Source of the DNA: Methanocella conradii HZ254
Lineage (GTDB): Archaea > Halobacteriota > Methanocellia > Methanocellales > Methanocellaceae
Assembly: GCF_000251105.1 (NCBI RefSeq)
Contig: NC_017034.1
Span: 505,350 to 537,349 of the forward strand
Direction: 5' to 3'
DNA length: 32,000 bases
Positions 1 through 7,249 of this stretch are shown here, in pieces. Position 1 is the stretch's first letter; every line of letters starts with the position of its first letter. A program made the position numbers and the translations under genes. The notes below the pieces were generated by a model. It was not told the DNA's origin and did not search any database. It worked only from the letters and a program-made list of their open reading frames with translations.

Positions 1-915
1 ATTTAACACTACTTCTTTATTCAAGACGCCAGTACCACCTGCCATGACCGTGCCCACGATGCTCGACGATATGACGTGCGTCGTGCTGATGGGCGCGCCT
101 ATGTGAGAGCCGACCGCTATGGTGAGCGCGGTGGCGGTCTCGGCGGCGAAGCCCTGGGACGGCGAAAGTTCCTCCTTTCCGATGCGCTCGCCAAGTGTCC
201 TGATAATCCTCCACCCTCCCATGGCCGTGCCCAGGCCTATGGCTGCGGCGCAGGCGACCACGATCCACGGCTCTATGACAGGCGTGCTATTATAGGTCAC
301 CGCCACGAACATGGCGATTATCCCCATCGTCTTCTGGGCGTCGTTTGAGCCGTGGGTCAGGGATACGGCGGCCGATGAGAGCACCTGTATCCTCTTAAAG
401 ATGGAGTGCGCCCTCTCGCGGCTCATCCTTGATATTATGAACCTGCCTATGAGGTACATGAAGGCCAGGCCCAGGGCTATGCCCACGACCGGCGATATGA
501 ACAGGGCGAGAACGATGTTGGTAAGGCCCCCCAACTTAACGCCCGATATGCCTATTGCGGCCAGGCCGCTGCCCACCAGTCCCCCTATCAGGGCGTGGGA
601 AGAGCTCACGGGGAGGCCGTAGTACCAGGTTATAAGGTCCCAGATGATGGCGCCCATGAGGCCGGCTATGACGATGGCTATCGTAAGCCTTTCCGGGGGG
701 ATTATGCTCGTGGCGATGACCTTTGCCACCGCGGTGCCCAGCAGGAAGGGGCCCACCATGTTCATGAGAGCGCACATGCCAATGGCCACCTGTGGAGGCA
801 GGGCCTTCGTATATATGACCGTGGCGACGGCGTTCGCAGTGTCGTGGAAGCCGTTCATAACGTCGAATAGAAGGGCCACTATTATAGCTATGACCATTAG
901 CAGGAATGGGTCCAT
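1..915 (-). CDS. pitA: Inorganic phosphate transporter, PiT/PHO4 family (PitA-like); N-terminal 305 codons, C-terminus beyond the window edge
   Basis: Absent from the ORF track because it runs off the window. My reverse-strand translation from the ATG at 915 reads MDPFLLMVIAIIVALLFDVMNGFHDTANAVATVIYTKAL...LTHGSNDAQKTMGII...STTHVISSSIVGTV. The NGFHDTANAVAT and GSNDAQKTMG motifs are the duplicated PHO4 signature, and the sequence is hydrophobic throughout. Confidence 0.85.
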   Translation of the reverse strand, partial: MDPFLLMVIAIIVALLFDVMNGFHDTANAVATVIYTKALPPQVAIGMCALMNMVGPFLLGTAVAKVIATSIIPPERLTIAIVIAGLMGAIIWDLITWYYGLPVSSSHALIGGLVGSGLAAIGISGVKLGGLTNIVLALFISPVVGIALGLAFMYLIGRFIISRMSRERAHSIFKRIQVLSSAAVSLTHGSNDAQKTMGIIAMFVAVTYNSTPVIEPWIVVACAAAIGLGTAMGGWRIIRTLGERIGKEELSPSQGFAAETATALTIAVGSHIGAPISTTHVISSSIVGTVMAGGTGVLNKEVVLN

Positions 916-971
916 CGCTCAAGCCACCAGAGACTAATGAACCAGGTTTATGGCATAGGATAAATTGTTTG

Positions 972-997
972 CTATATATTTCTATATAGTCTATATA
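972..997. promoter_or_regulatory. Divergent pitA/pyrC promoter region with three tandem CTATATA boxes
   Basis: CTATATA occurs at 972-978, 982-988 and 991-997, inside the AT-rich spacer between the divergent genes. These are TATA-box-like elements. Confidence 0.35.
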
Positions 998-1131
998 TTA
1001 AATCATTAATGAAAAATCATTATAGCTGTGAGCGTTTCGTCTTCTTGGGCCCTGGCCAGTCAGCCTGAATTTTATGATTATATAGCGGAAAGACGCAAAC
1101 TAGTTATCCAGGTAGGAGGCTGTCTATATTA

Positions 1132-2460
1132 ATGCACGAGCTAGTCGTTGAGAATGCACGGGTGCTCTTCGAGGATGTGGTGACATGCTCGATAGGCGTG
1201 GACGAGGGCAGGATAACGAGGATAGCAAAGATACTCAAGGGCGAGCGGAGGTATGATGCACATGGGCTGCTCGCCCTGCCTGGAATAATCGATTCTCATG
1301 TGCATTTCCGCGACATGGGCCAGGAGGAGAAGGAGGACTGGCTTTCCGGGAGTAAGTCTGCCATCTATGGCGGAGTGACCATGGTCGTCGACATGCCTAA
1401 CACAGACCCCCCCACGTTCGATGAGGAAGCCTTCCAGGATAAGCTGGCAGTTGCCCGGAACCGCTCCATGGTGGACTTCGCCATCAACGCCGGCGTGTCT
1501 AGTAACCTTAAAGAGCTTTCAGCCATGTGGAGGCGGGGCGCCCTCGCCTTCGGCGAGATATTCATGGCGAAGAGCACTGGAGGCTATAGCGTGGATGGCC
1601 CCACGCTCAAGGCCGCGCTCCTCGAGATAAAAGGGATGGGCGCCACAGCGAGCATCCACGCCGAGGATGAGGAGCTAAGCTCGCAGAGGGCTAAAGAGCT
1701 GATAAATGACAATGGCGAGGACGTCTACTCGCGCATGAGGCCCCCTGAATCCGAGGCCAGCGCCGTACAGGAGGCCATAAGGCTGGGGCAGGAGACGGGT
1801 GCGGCCATACACATCACCCATGTCAGCACCTCCAGGGCGGTGGAGCTCATCAGAAGAGAGCCTGTAACCTGCGACGTGACGCCCCATCACCTTTTATTAA
1901 ACATGCATCATTGGGGTAAGCTAAAGGCCTATGCTAAGATGAACCCGCCATTGCGGCCTAAAAGGGACGTTGAGGCGCTCTGGGAAGCGGTCAGGGATGG
2001 CACAATAGACGTGCTCGCATCTGACCACGCCCCGCACACGAAAGACGAGAAGGCGGCGGACGTTAAGGCAGCCCCCGCCGGCGTGCCCGGCGTAGAGACG
2101 ATGGTGCCGCTTATGCTCAAGGAGGTCGCAGATGGAAGGATATCCCTGCAAAGGCTCATCGACATGACGTCCGCCAACCCCGCGAGGATATTTGGAATAC
2201 CTGGCAAGGGCCGGATCGAGGAGGGCTGCGATGCTGACATGGCATTCTTCGACATCGGCGCCCGCAGGGTCATTCATGGCCACGAGCTCCACAGCAAGGC
2301 CGGGTGGACGCCCTTCGAGGGCTTCGAGGGCATCTTCCCCGTGGCGGTGATGCAGCGTGGCGAGCTCCTCCTGGAAGGGAAGGAGTTCTATGGCAGGCGG
2401 GGGGCAGGCAGGTTCATAAGAGGGAAGGGCTATACAAGAGGCCTGCAAAATATACAATAA
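1132..2460 (+). CDS. pyrC: Dihydroorotase (amidohydrolase superfamily)
   Basis: 442-aa ORF. It has the IDSHVHFRD metal-binding HxH motif, a later SIHAED, and an ASDHAPH motif, all typical of dihydroorotase/allantoinase-type amidohydrolases. Confidence 0.8.
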   Translation: MHELVVENARVLFEDVVTCSIGVDEGRITRIAKILKGERRYDAHGLLALPGIIDSHVHFRDMGQEEKEDWLSGSKSAIYGGVTMVVDMPNTDPPTFDEEAFQDKLAVARNRSMVDFAINAGVSSNLKELSAMWRRGALAFGEIFMAKSTGGYSVDGPTLKAALLEIKGMGATASIHAEDEELSSQRAKELINDNGEDVYSRMRPPESEASAVQEAIRLGQETGAAIHITHVSTSRAVELIRREPVTCDVTPHHLLLNMHHWGKLKAYAKMNPPLRPKRDVEALWEAVRDGTIDVLASDHAPHTKDEKAADVKAAPAGVPGVETMVPLMLKEVADGRISLQRLIDMTSANPARIFGIPGKGRIEEGCDADMAFFDIGARRVIHGHELHSKAGWTPFEGFEGIFPVAVMQRGELLLEGKEFYGRRGAGRFIRGKGYTRGLQNIQ

Positions 2461-2499
2461 GTCAAAAGCTTTATAAGGCGCAAAAAGAGATAATATGCT

Positions 2500-2746
2500 G
2501 CTCTCCACGAGGACGGGCGTGAGCACATCAGCCAATGATCCCGTGATCGCCCGTGCATGAGGGGAGCTAAAGTTACCGTGTTGTAAGGTCCTTGCCCGAG
2601 TTAATGGGACTCCCTATCTGTGAGGGACAAGACAACCTCAACGCGGCATAGCGCCCCGGTCACGGGGTTTACCGGGAAGGACGGCGAGGCGCCTCATTAG
2701 GATGATATCCCGGAGTTAGTGACGCGGGGATACCTATCATATTTTT
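2500..2746 (+). ncRNA. Candidate structured non-coding RNA or long 5' leader upstream of the CDF transporter (unclassified)
   Basis: No ORF of 60 aa or more on either strand across 2536-2744, although the segment is GC-rich. A TATA-like TTTATAAG lies at 2470-2477. Hairpins: TCCCT/AGGGA at 2611-2627 and CCCCG/CGGGG at 2654-2667. A terminal bipartite stem pairs ATGAT-ATCCC (2702-2711) with GGGAT..ATCAT (2727-2740) and is followed by T5 at 2742-2746. Confidence 0.35.
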
Positions 2747-2807
2747 GACGATTAACTTTAAGGGGCATCAAAGACTATCATCTTTCTACCACGGTCGGTG
2801 GACGATT

Positions 2808-3770
2808 TTGGAAAGCGAAGGAGCGGCAAGCGATAAGGTAGAGAGGGCGAACCAGCTAAAGAGGTCGACGGCCCGCCTGTCCATATTATCGAATACCATG
2901 CTGGTCATGATGAAGCTCGCGGTGGGCTTCGCCATAGGCTCGGTGAGCGTCATCTCTGAGGCCATCCACTCGGGGATAGACCTTGTGGCCGCACTCATAG
3001 CATATTTCTCGGTGAAGAAGTCCGGGGAGCCTCCGGACGAGGGCCACCAGTTCGGGCACGGGAAGTTCGAGGACTTCTCGGGCCTCATCGAGGCGCTGCT
3101 GATATTCATCGCGGCCATACTAATAATAAGGGAGGCGGCCCTGAAGCTGATGGGCCAGGGCGAAGGGCTTGACATAAGCCTGCTAGCCGCGGGAATAGCG
3201 GTCATGCTAGTCTCCGCACTGGCGAACTGGTACGTATCCAGCAGGCTCATGAAGGCGGCGAAGGCCACCGAGTCGATCGCCCTCGAGGCCGACGCCTGGC
3301 ACCTGCGCACCGACGTGTACACGTCTTTGGGCATATTCGCCGGGCTTGTATTGATTAACCTCACCGGCTGGAAGTTCCTGGACCCGCTCTTCGCCATCGC
3401 GGTTGCGCTTTTCATCATGAAAGCCGCATACGACCTCACCAGAAGGGCGACGTCTGACCTCGTGGACACCAGGCTTCCAGAGGCCGAGGAGGAGAGGATT
3501 AAAAGCATCCTGTCCGAGCACTACCTGCAGTACGCTGGCTTCCACGAGCTTCGCACCCGCAAGTCCGGCTCCGACAGGTTCATGGACCTGCACCTGGTCG
3601 TGCCCAGAAACCAGACCGTGAGCGATGCCCACCACCTGTCGGACCACCTGGAGGCAGACCTCAGGGAAGAGTTTCCAAGGTCGAGCATCACCATCCACTT
3701 CGAGCCATGTGACGGGGAATGCGATAAGTGTGAGTGTAACTCGACGTGTAAGAGCAGGAATGGCTCGTAG
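2808..3770 (+). CDS. Cation diffusion facilitator (CDF) family divalent-metal efflux transporter
   Basis: The ORF track gives 2745..3770 from a TTG start. There is no in-frame ATG before TM1, so the start is non-ATG: TTG at 2808 (preceded by GGTGGA) or TTG at 2745. CDF hallmarks are SVISEAIHSGIDL, HQFGHGKFE and DAWHLRTDV, with six hydrophobic segments and a C-terminal cytoplasmic domain. Confidence 0.8.
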   Translation: MESEGAASDKVERANQLKRSTARLSILSNTMLVMMKLAVGFAIGSVSVISEAIHSGIDLVAALIAYFSVKKSGEPPDEGHQFGHGKFEDFSGLIEALLIFIAAILIIREAALKLMGQGEGLDISLLAAGIAVMLVSALANWYVSSRLMKAAKATESIALEADAWHLRTDVYTSLGIFAGLVLINLTGWKFLDPLFAIAVALFIMKAAYDLTRRATSDLVDTRLPEAEEERIKSILSEHYLQYAGFHELRTRKSGSDRFMDLHLVVPRNQTVSDAHHLSDHLEADLREEFPRSSITIHFEPCDGECDKCECNSTCKSRNGS

Positions 3771-3830
3771 GGCCTTTTGGAGTGACATCGAACCAGAATG
3801 TTTTTACTGGTTAAAAACGACTTTTATTTG

Positions 3831-4142
3831 ATGTCTTTTGAGGATGCCATCAGGGCTATACAGGGCGGCGTCGTGATAGACTTTGAGGTTTCGCCAGGGG
3901 CCGGGGTGACGAGGGTTCCATGTGGCTACAACGAGTGGCGAAAGCGTATCGAGGCCAGGCTTAGGGCACCCCCCGAGAGGGGCAGGGCCAACGAGGAGCT
4001 GATGGTAGCGCTTTCCCGGCTATTCAGGGTGCCCCGGGCCAGCGTCGAGATCGCGTCGGGCGTGGCGAACGGTAAAAAGTCAGTAAAAATAAGGGGCATC
4101 ACAAGAGAAGACGCCATAAATGCGCTCAGGGGTATGCTATGA
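3831..4142 (+). CDS. DUF167/UPF0235 (YggU-like) family protein
   Basis: The ORF runs 3798..4142. The ATG at 3831 gives about 103 aa, the usual family length. GRANEELMVALSRLFRVPRASVEIASGVANGKKSVKIRG matches the conserved DUF167 core pattern (G.AN.eL...Ls..l.v....v.i.sG..s..K.v.i). Confidence 0.7.
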   Translation: MSFEDAIRAIQGGVVIDFEVSPGAGVTRVPCGYNEWRKRIEARLRAPPERGRANEELMVALSRLFRVPRASVEIASGVANGKKSVKIRGITREDAINALRGML

Positions 4143-4561
4143 TGGACGAGCGTGAGCGCCTGGCGGAGATTCAGGCCATCCTGGACGAGCTGGCGAGCAG
4201 GGCGGCGGAGGGCGCGGTCATACTGGTCGAGGGGCGGAGGGATAAGGCATCCCTCGAGGAGCTTGGCGTGAAGGGCAACATAGTCATGACCTCCCAGAAG
4301 CAGCTTTTCAACCTTGCGGAGTGCGTGTCCAGGCAGCACAAGGACATAATAATCCTATCGGACTGGGACGTGCGTGGCGATGAGGTGGCTCGGAGCGCTG
4401 AGGCCTTCCTCAAGTCAAACTGCGCCCGCCCTGACGTTGAGATAAGGAGAAGGCTTCGCCTCTTGACCCAAAAGGAAATCATGGACGTCGAGAGCCTGTA
4501 TGGCTACATGGAGCGGTTAAAAAGTCAATGCATTACTAAACAGGCAGGCACGCGCCGATAA
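4139..4561 (+). CDS. Small Toprim-domain protein (archaeal UPF0292 / RNase M5-like family)
   Basis: 140 aa. It has the Toprim glutamate in ILVEGRRD and the DxD motif in LSDWDVRGD. Its start overlaps the upstream stop as ATGA at 4139-4142. Confidence 0.7.
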   Translation: MMDERERLAEIQAILDELASRAAEGAVILVEGRRDKASLEELGVKGNIVMTSQKQLFNLAECVSRQHKDIIILSDWDVRGDEVARSAEAFLKSNCARPDVEIRRRLRLLTQKEIMDVESLYGYMERLKSQCITKQAGTRR

Positions 4562-4818
4562 ACCAAAATCTTATTAAACATTCACGACAAAGAATAACAA
4601 GGTAAATATATACCATCGCATCCTATAGATGGTCGTATTCCGAAAAATGGTCATACGACCATTTAGGGCCTCAAAGTGGCAATAAGCAAATGGCACCCTA
4701 CCAATAGTCTGGTAATAATCATCACTCATCATGTTCAGAAAGCGGCAAGAAGAGCGCCGTTTATTTGGAATGGGCATGGATTAGCGGATAACCCATGCCA
4801 TAAGCAAAAGGAAGAAAA

Positions 4819-4864
4819 GCGGAGTAACACGGCTACTAGGCCTGTTACAGCTACCGCCTTTTTT
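4819..4864 (+). terminator. Terminator-like hairpin plus T6 in the intergenic region upstream of dnaG
   Basis: GCGG-A-GTAAC (4819-4828) pairs with GTTAC-AGCTA-CCGC (4844-4857). An inner GGC/GCC pair is present. The stem is followed by TTTTTT at 4859-4864. Confidence 0.4.
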
Positions 4865-4935
4865 ATTACCGACTATTTTAGGGAAGGCCACAGGCTTAAA
4901 AAATTGGGAAAAATGAAAAAAGGAAGTGCATAAAA

Positions 4936-6264
4936 ATGGAAGAATCTGACACTACAAAGTACGTGATTCACGCTCATATCAGTGCTGAGGGCGTCGTCGA
5001 GCGCCCGGACGTGGTAGGAGCCGTGTTCGGCCAGACGGAAGGGCTACTGGGCGCCGATCTGGACCTGAGGGAATTGCAAAAGACGGGGAGGATAGGCCGC
5101 ATCGAGGTGAACATAACCTCCAAGTACGGCAAGTCGAGCGGCAATATACTAATACCCTCGAGCCTCGACAAGGTGGAGACGTCGATACTGGCCGCCGCCC
5201 TTGAGACCATCGACAGGGTCGGCCCGTGCATCTCAAAGATATCGGTCACCAAGATAGAGGACGTGAGGTCCTCGAAAAGGCAGCAGATCATCGAGAGGGC
5301 CAAGCACATATTGACGGCCATGTTCGACGAGACCGTGCCCGAGAGCCAGGAGCTCACCGAGGCGGTCAAGTCGGCCGTGAGGGTCGAAGAGGTCACCTTT
5401 ATAGATAACCTGCCGGCCGGCCCGGATGTGCTCGACTCGGACGCCATCATAGTGGTCGAGGGGCGGGCGGACGTGCTTAACCTTCTGAGGGCTGGCATAA
5501 AGAACGCCATCGCAGTCGAAGGCACCAACGTGCCGCAGCTCGTCGCCGAGCTGAGCAAGAAGAAGACCGTGACGGTGTTCACCGACAGCGACAGGGGCGG
5601 AGACCTGATATTAAAGGAGCTCCTCCAGGTGGCTGACGTGGACTACATCGCCAGGCCCCCTGAGGGCAAGAGCGTGGAGGACCTGACCCAGAAAGAGATA
5701 ATAAAGGCCCTTCGCAGCAAGGTGCCCGTGGAGCAGGTCGTCGAGGTGCCCCAGCGCAGGCGCAACAAGCAGCAGCAACAGCAGCAGGAGGCCGCCAGGG
5801 CGGAGCAGAACGGCAAGCATGATGCCCAGCAGCGCGAGTACCAGCGGCCCGAGCGGCCTGAGCGGGAGAGGGGCGAGACGCCCCGCCGCAAGAGCCTCCG
5901 CCGCATGGAGGAGCGCCCGGAGAGGCGGGAGCCTCCAAAGGAGCAGGAGCAGCAGCCCGAGGCAAAGAAGCCCGAGCCCAGGGAGGCCGGGGAATTCGCC
6001 GAGATAATGAAGGACCTGGCGGGCACGCTGAGCGCGAAGCTGCTCGACGCCAACAAGAACGTCCTGCAAAAAGTTGCGGTCAGGGACCTGGCCAACGTGC
6101 TCAAGGAGACCAATGGCGAGGTCAAGAGCGTCGTGTTCGACGGCGTAATTACGCAAAGAATGCTGGACATCGCGGCCGAGAAGAACCTCGAGTACCTGGT
6201 CGGCGTCAAGATGGGCAGCATCGTGAAGCAGCCCGCCAACGTGAAAGTTATAACCACGGAATAG
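4936..6264 (+). CDS. dnaG: Archaeal DnaG-type primase / exosome-associated Toprim protein
   Basis: The N-terminus [51 protein letters not shown] is the conserved archaeal DnaG N-domain. The Toprim motifs are IIVVEGRAD and FTDSDRGGD. Confidence 0.9.
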   Translation: MEESDTTKYVIHAHISAEGVVERPDVVGAVFGQTEGLLGADLDLRELQKTGRIGRIEVNITSKYGKSSGNILIPSSLDKVETSILAAALETIDRVGPCISKISVTKIEDVRSSKRQQIIERAKHILTAMFDETVPESQELTEAVKSAVRVEEVTFIDNLPAGPDVLDSDAIIVVEGRADVLNLLRAGIKNAIAVEGTNVPQLVAELSKKKTVTVFTDSDRGGDLILKELLQVADVDYIARPPEGKSVEDLTQKEIIKALRSKVPVEQVVEVPQRRRNKQQQQQQEAARAEQNGKHDAQQREYQRPERPERERGETPRRKSLRRMEERPERREPPKEQEQQPEAKKPEPREAGEFAEIMKDLAGTLSAKLLDANKNVLQKVAVRDLANVLKETNGEVKSVVFDGVITQRMLDIAAEKNLEYLVGVKMGSIVKQPANVKVITTE

Positions 6265-6273
6265 ACAGGTTGT

Positions 6274-6297
6274 CGGGCCGTAAGGCCCGCCTTTTTT
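6274..6297. terminator. Hairpin plus T-run between convergent dnaG and rimI
   Basis: CGGGCC (6274-6279) pairs with GGCCCG (6284-6289) across loop GTAA. T6 follows at 6292-6297 and overlaps the rimI stop codon. Confidence 0.5.
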
Positions 6298-6754
6298 ATA
6301 GAAGTAATGTCATGTTTTCCATGGGCTTAACCATGATGTAGGCATTATCGCCGTTCCTGTAGTAATTGCTCACCATGCCAAGGAACTTGAAGCCCTGCTT
6401 AAAGTAAAAAGTCTGGGCCGCCAGGTTGCTCGCCCTCACCTCCAGGCGCACCATGCTCGCCCTACCCCTCACCGAATCGACGTACTCTTTTACGAGCATG
6501 GAGCCTATGCCCCTGCGCCGGTACCCCTCCTTAACGGCAAGGAGTAGGATCCTAGCCTCGTCCATGTACAGCGCCCCGAGCAAGTAGCCCACCACCTCGC
6601 CGCCCTCCTCGGCCACGATGAACCCCTCCATAGGCCTGCTCTCTATCATGGCGTACAACAGCGGGTTTGGCTCGTGGAAAACAGCCTCCTCAATCTCGAG
6701 TATCTCTCTCGAGTCGTCCAGCTCGAAAGGCCTAATCCTGACCAGGCGTGACAC
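6296..6754 (-). CDS. rimI: GNAT N-acetyltransferase, ribosomal-protein-alanine acetyltransferase (RimI-like)
   Basis: 152 aa with a GTG start. The GNAT acetyl-CoA motif is LLAVKEGYRRRGIGSMLV, followed by the LEVRASNLAAQTFYFKQGF pattern. Confidence 0.75.
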   Translation of the reverse strand: MSRLVRIRPFELDDSREILEIEEAVFHEPNPLLYAMIESRPMEGFIVAEEGGEVVGYLLGALYMDEARILLLAVKEGYRRRGIGSMLVKEYVDSVRGRASMVRLEVRASNLAAQTFYFKQGFKFLGMVSNYYRNGDNAYIMVKPMENMTLLL

Positions 6755-6793
6755 CCCATTTTATATATGGCTAGTTTCATAATATGCATGCTC

Positions 6794-7249
6794 ATGTCAA
6801 TTATAGGTTATGAGGGCATCGCGGCCTTCATTAAGGGTAGCTATCCTCTCGGCTCAAGGATTGTGGAGGTGGGGGTAGGCCAGCACCCGGAGGTCGCGCA
6901 TCTCCTGCAAAACGACTTCGACGTCATATGCACCGACATCACGGAATCGGGGCCGGAGGGCGTGCGCTACGTCAAGGATGACATATTCAAGCCTGACATG
7001 GCATTATATAAAGGCGCGTCGCTCATCTACTCGATACGGCCTCCAGTGGACATTCAGGATGCCATGGCCTCGGTGGCAAAAAAAGTAGGCGCAAGCTTGC
7101 TTATTCGACCCTTTTCATCCGAGCGCGCTGACCTGAAAAAATACTTCAGGAGCTTTAAGGTGATCAACTACCAGGGCGCGGCCTTTTACGTTTACAATGA
7201 TGGCTATCGTCCCTGCTATCCTCAGCCGCCTTCATGGCAGCCTCCCTGA
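6794..7249 (+). CDS. UPF0146 family protein (Rossmann/methyltransferase-like)
   Basis: The ORF runs 6767..7249. IVEVGVGQHPEVAHLL looks like a GxGxG nucleotide-binding loop, and SIRPP is conserved in UPF0146. The start is uncertain: ATGs lie at 6767, 6788 and 6794. The TATA-like TTTTATATAT at about 6759-6768 favours a leaderless start at 6788 or 6794. Confidence 0.55.
   Translation: MSIIGYEGIAAFIKGSYPLGSRIVEVGVGQHPEVAHLLQNDFDVICTDITESGPEGVRYVKDDIFKPDMALYKGASLIYSIRPPVDIQDAMASVAKKVGASLLIRPFSSERADLKKYFRSFKVINYQGAAFYVYNDGYRPCYPQPPSWQPP

Noticed and set aside
2500-2746. I considered whether the structured segment after pyrC is the SRP (7S) RNA or RNase P RNA.
   Set aside because: ACCGGGAAGGACGGCGAGG only superficially resembles the SRP helix-8 GGAA/AGCA motif, because the conserved AGCA is missing. 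The spacing to a UGUAA-like motif is far too short, and the segment is shorter than a ~300-nt archaeal SRP RNA. No RNase P conserved blocks (GAGGAAAGUCC, ACAGAAA) are present. It is left unclassified pending a covariance-model scan.
4690-4740. RUGAUGA-like C boxes (ATGATGA, GTGATGA) on the minus strand at about 4717-4733 were considered as a C/D box sRNA.
   Set aside because: I found no correctly spaced CUGA D or D' box or terminal stem downstream of them.
4574-4933. Track ORFs 4574..4777 (-) and 4676..4933 (+) lie in the Toprim-dnaG spacer.
   Set aside because: They overlap each other and the inverted repeats, and have odd composition (for example RMRWYIFTLLFFVVNV). They have no recognisable start context, so the region is better explained as non-coding or regulatory.
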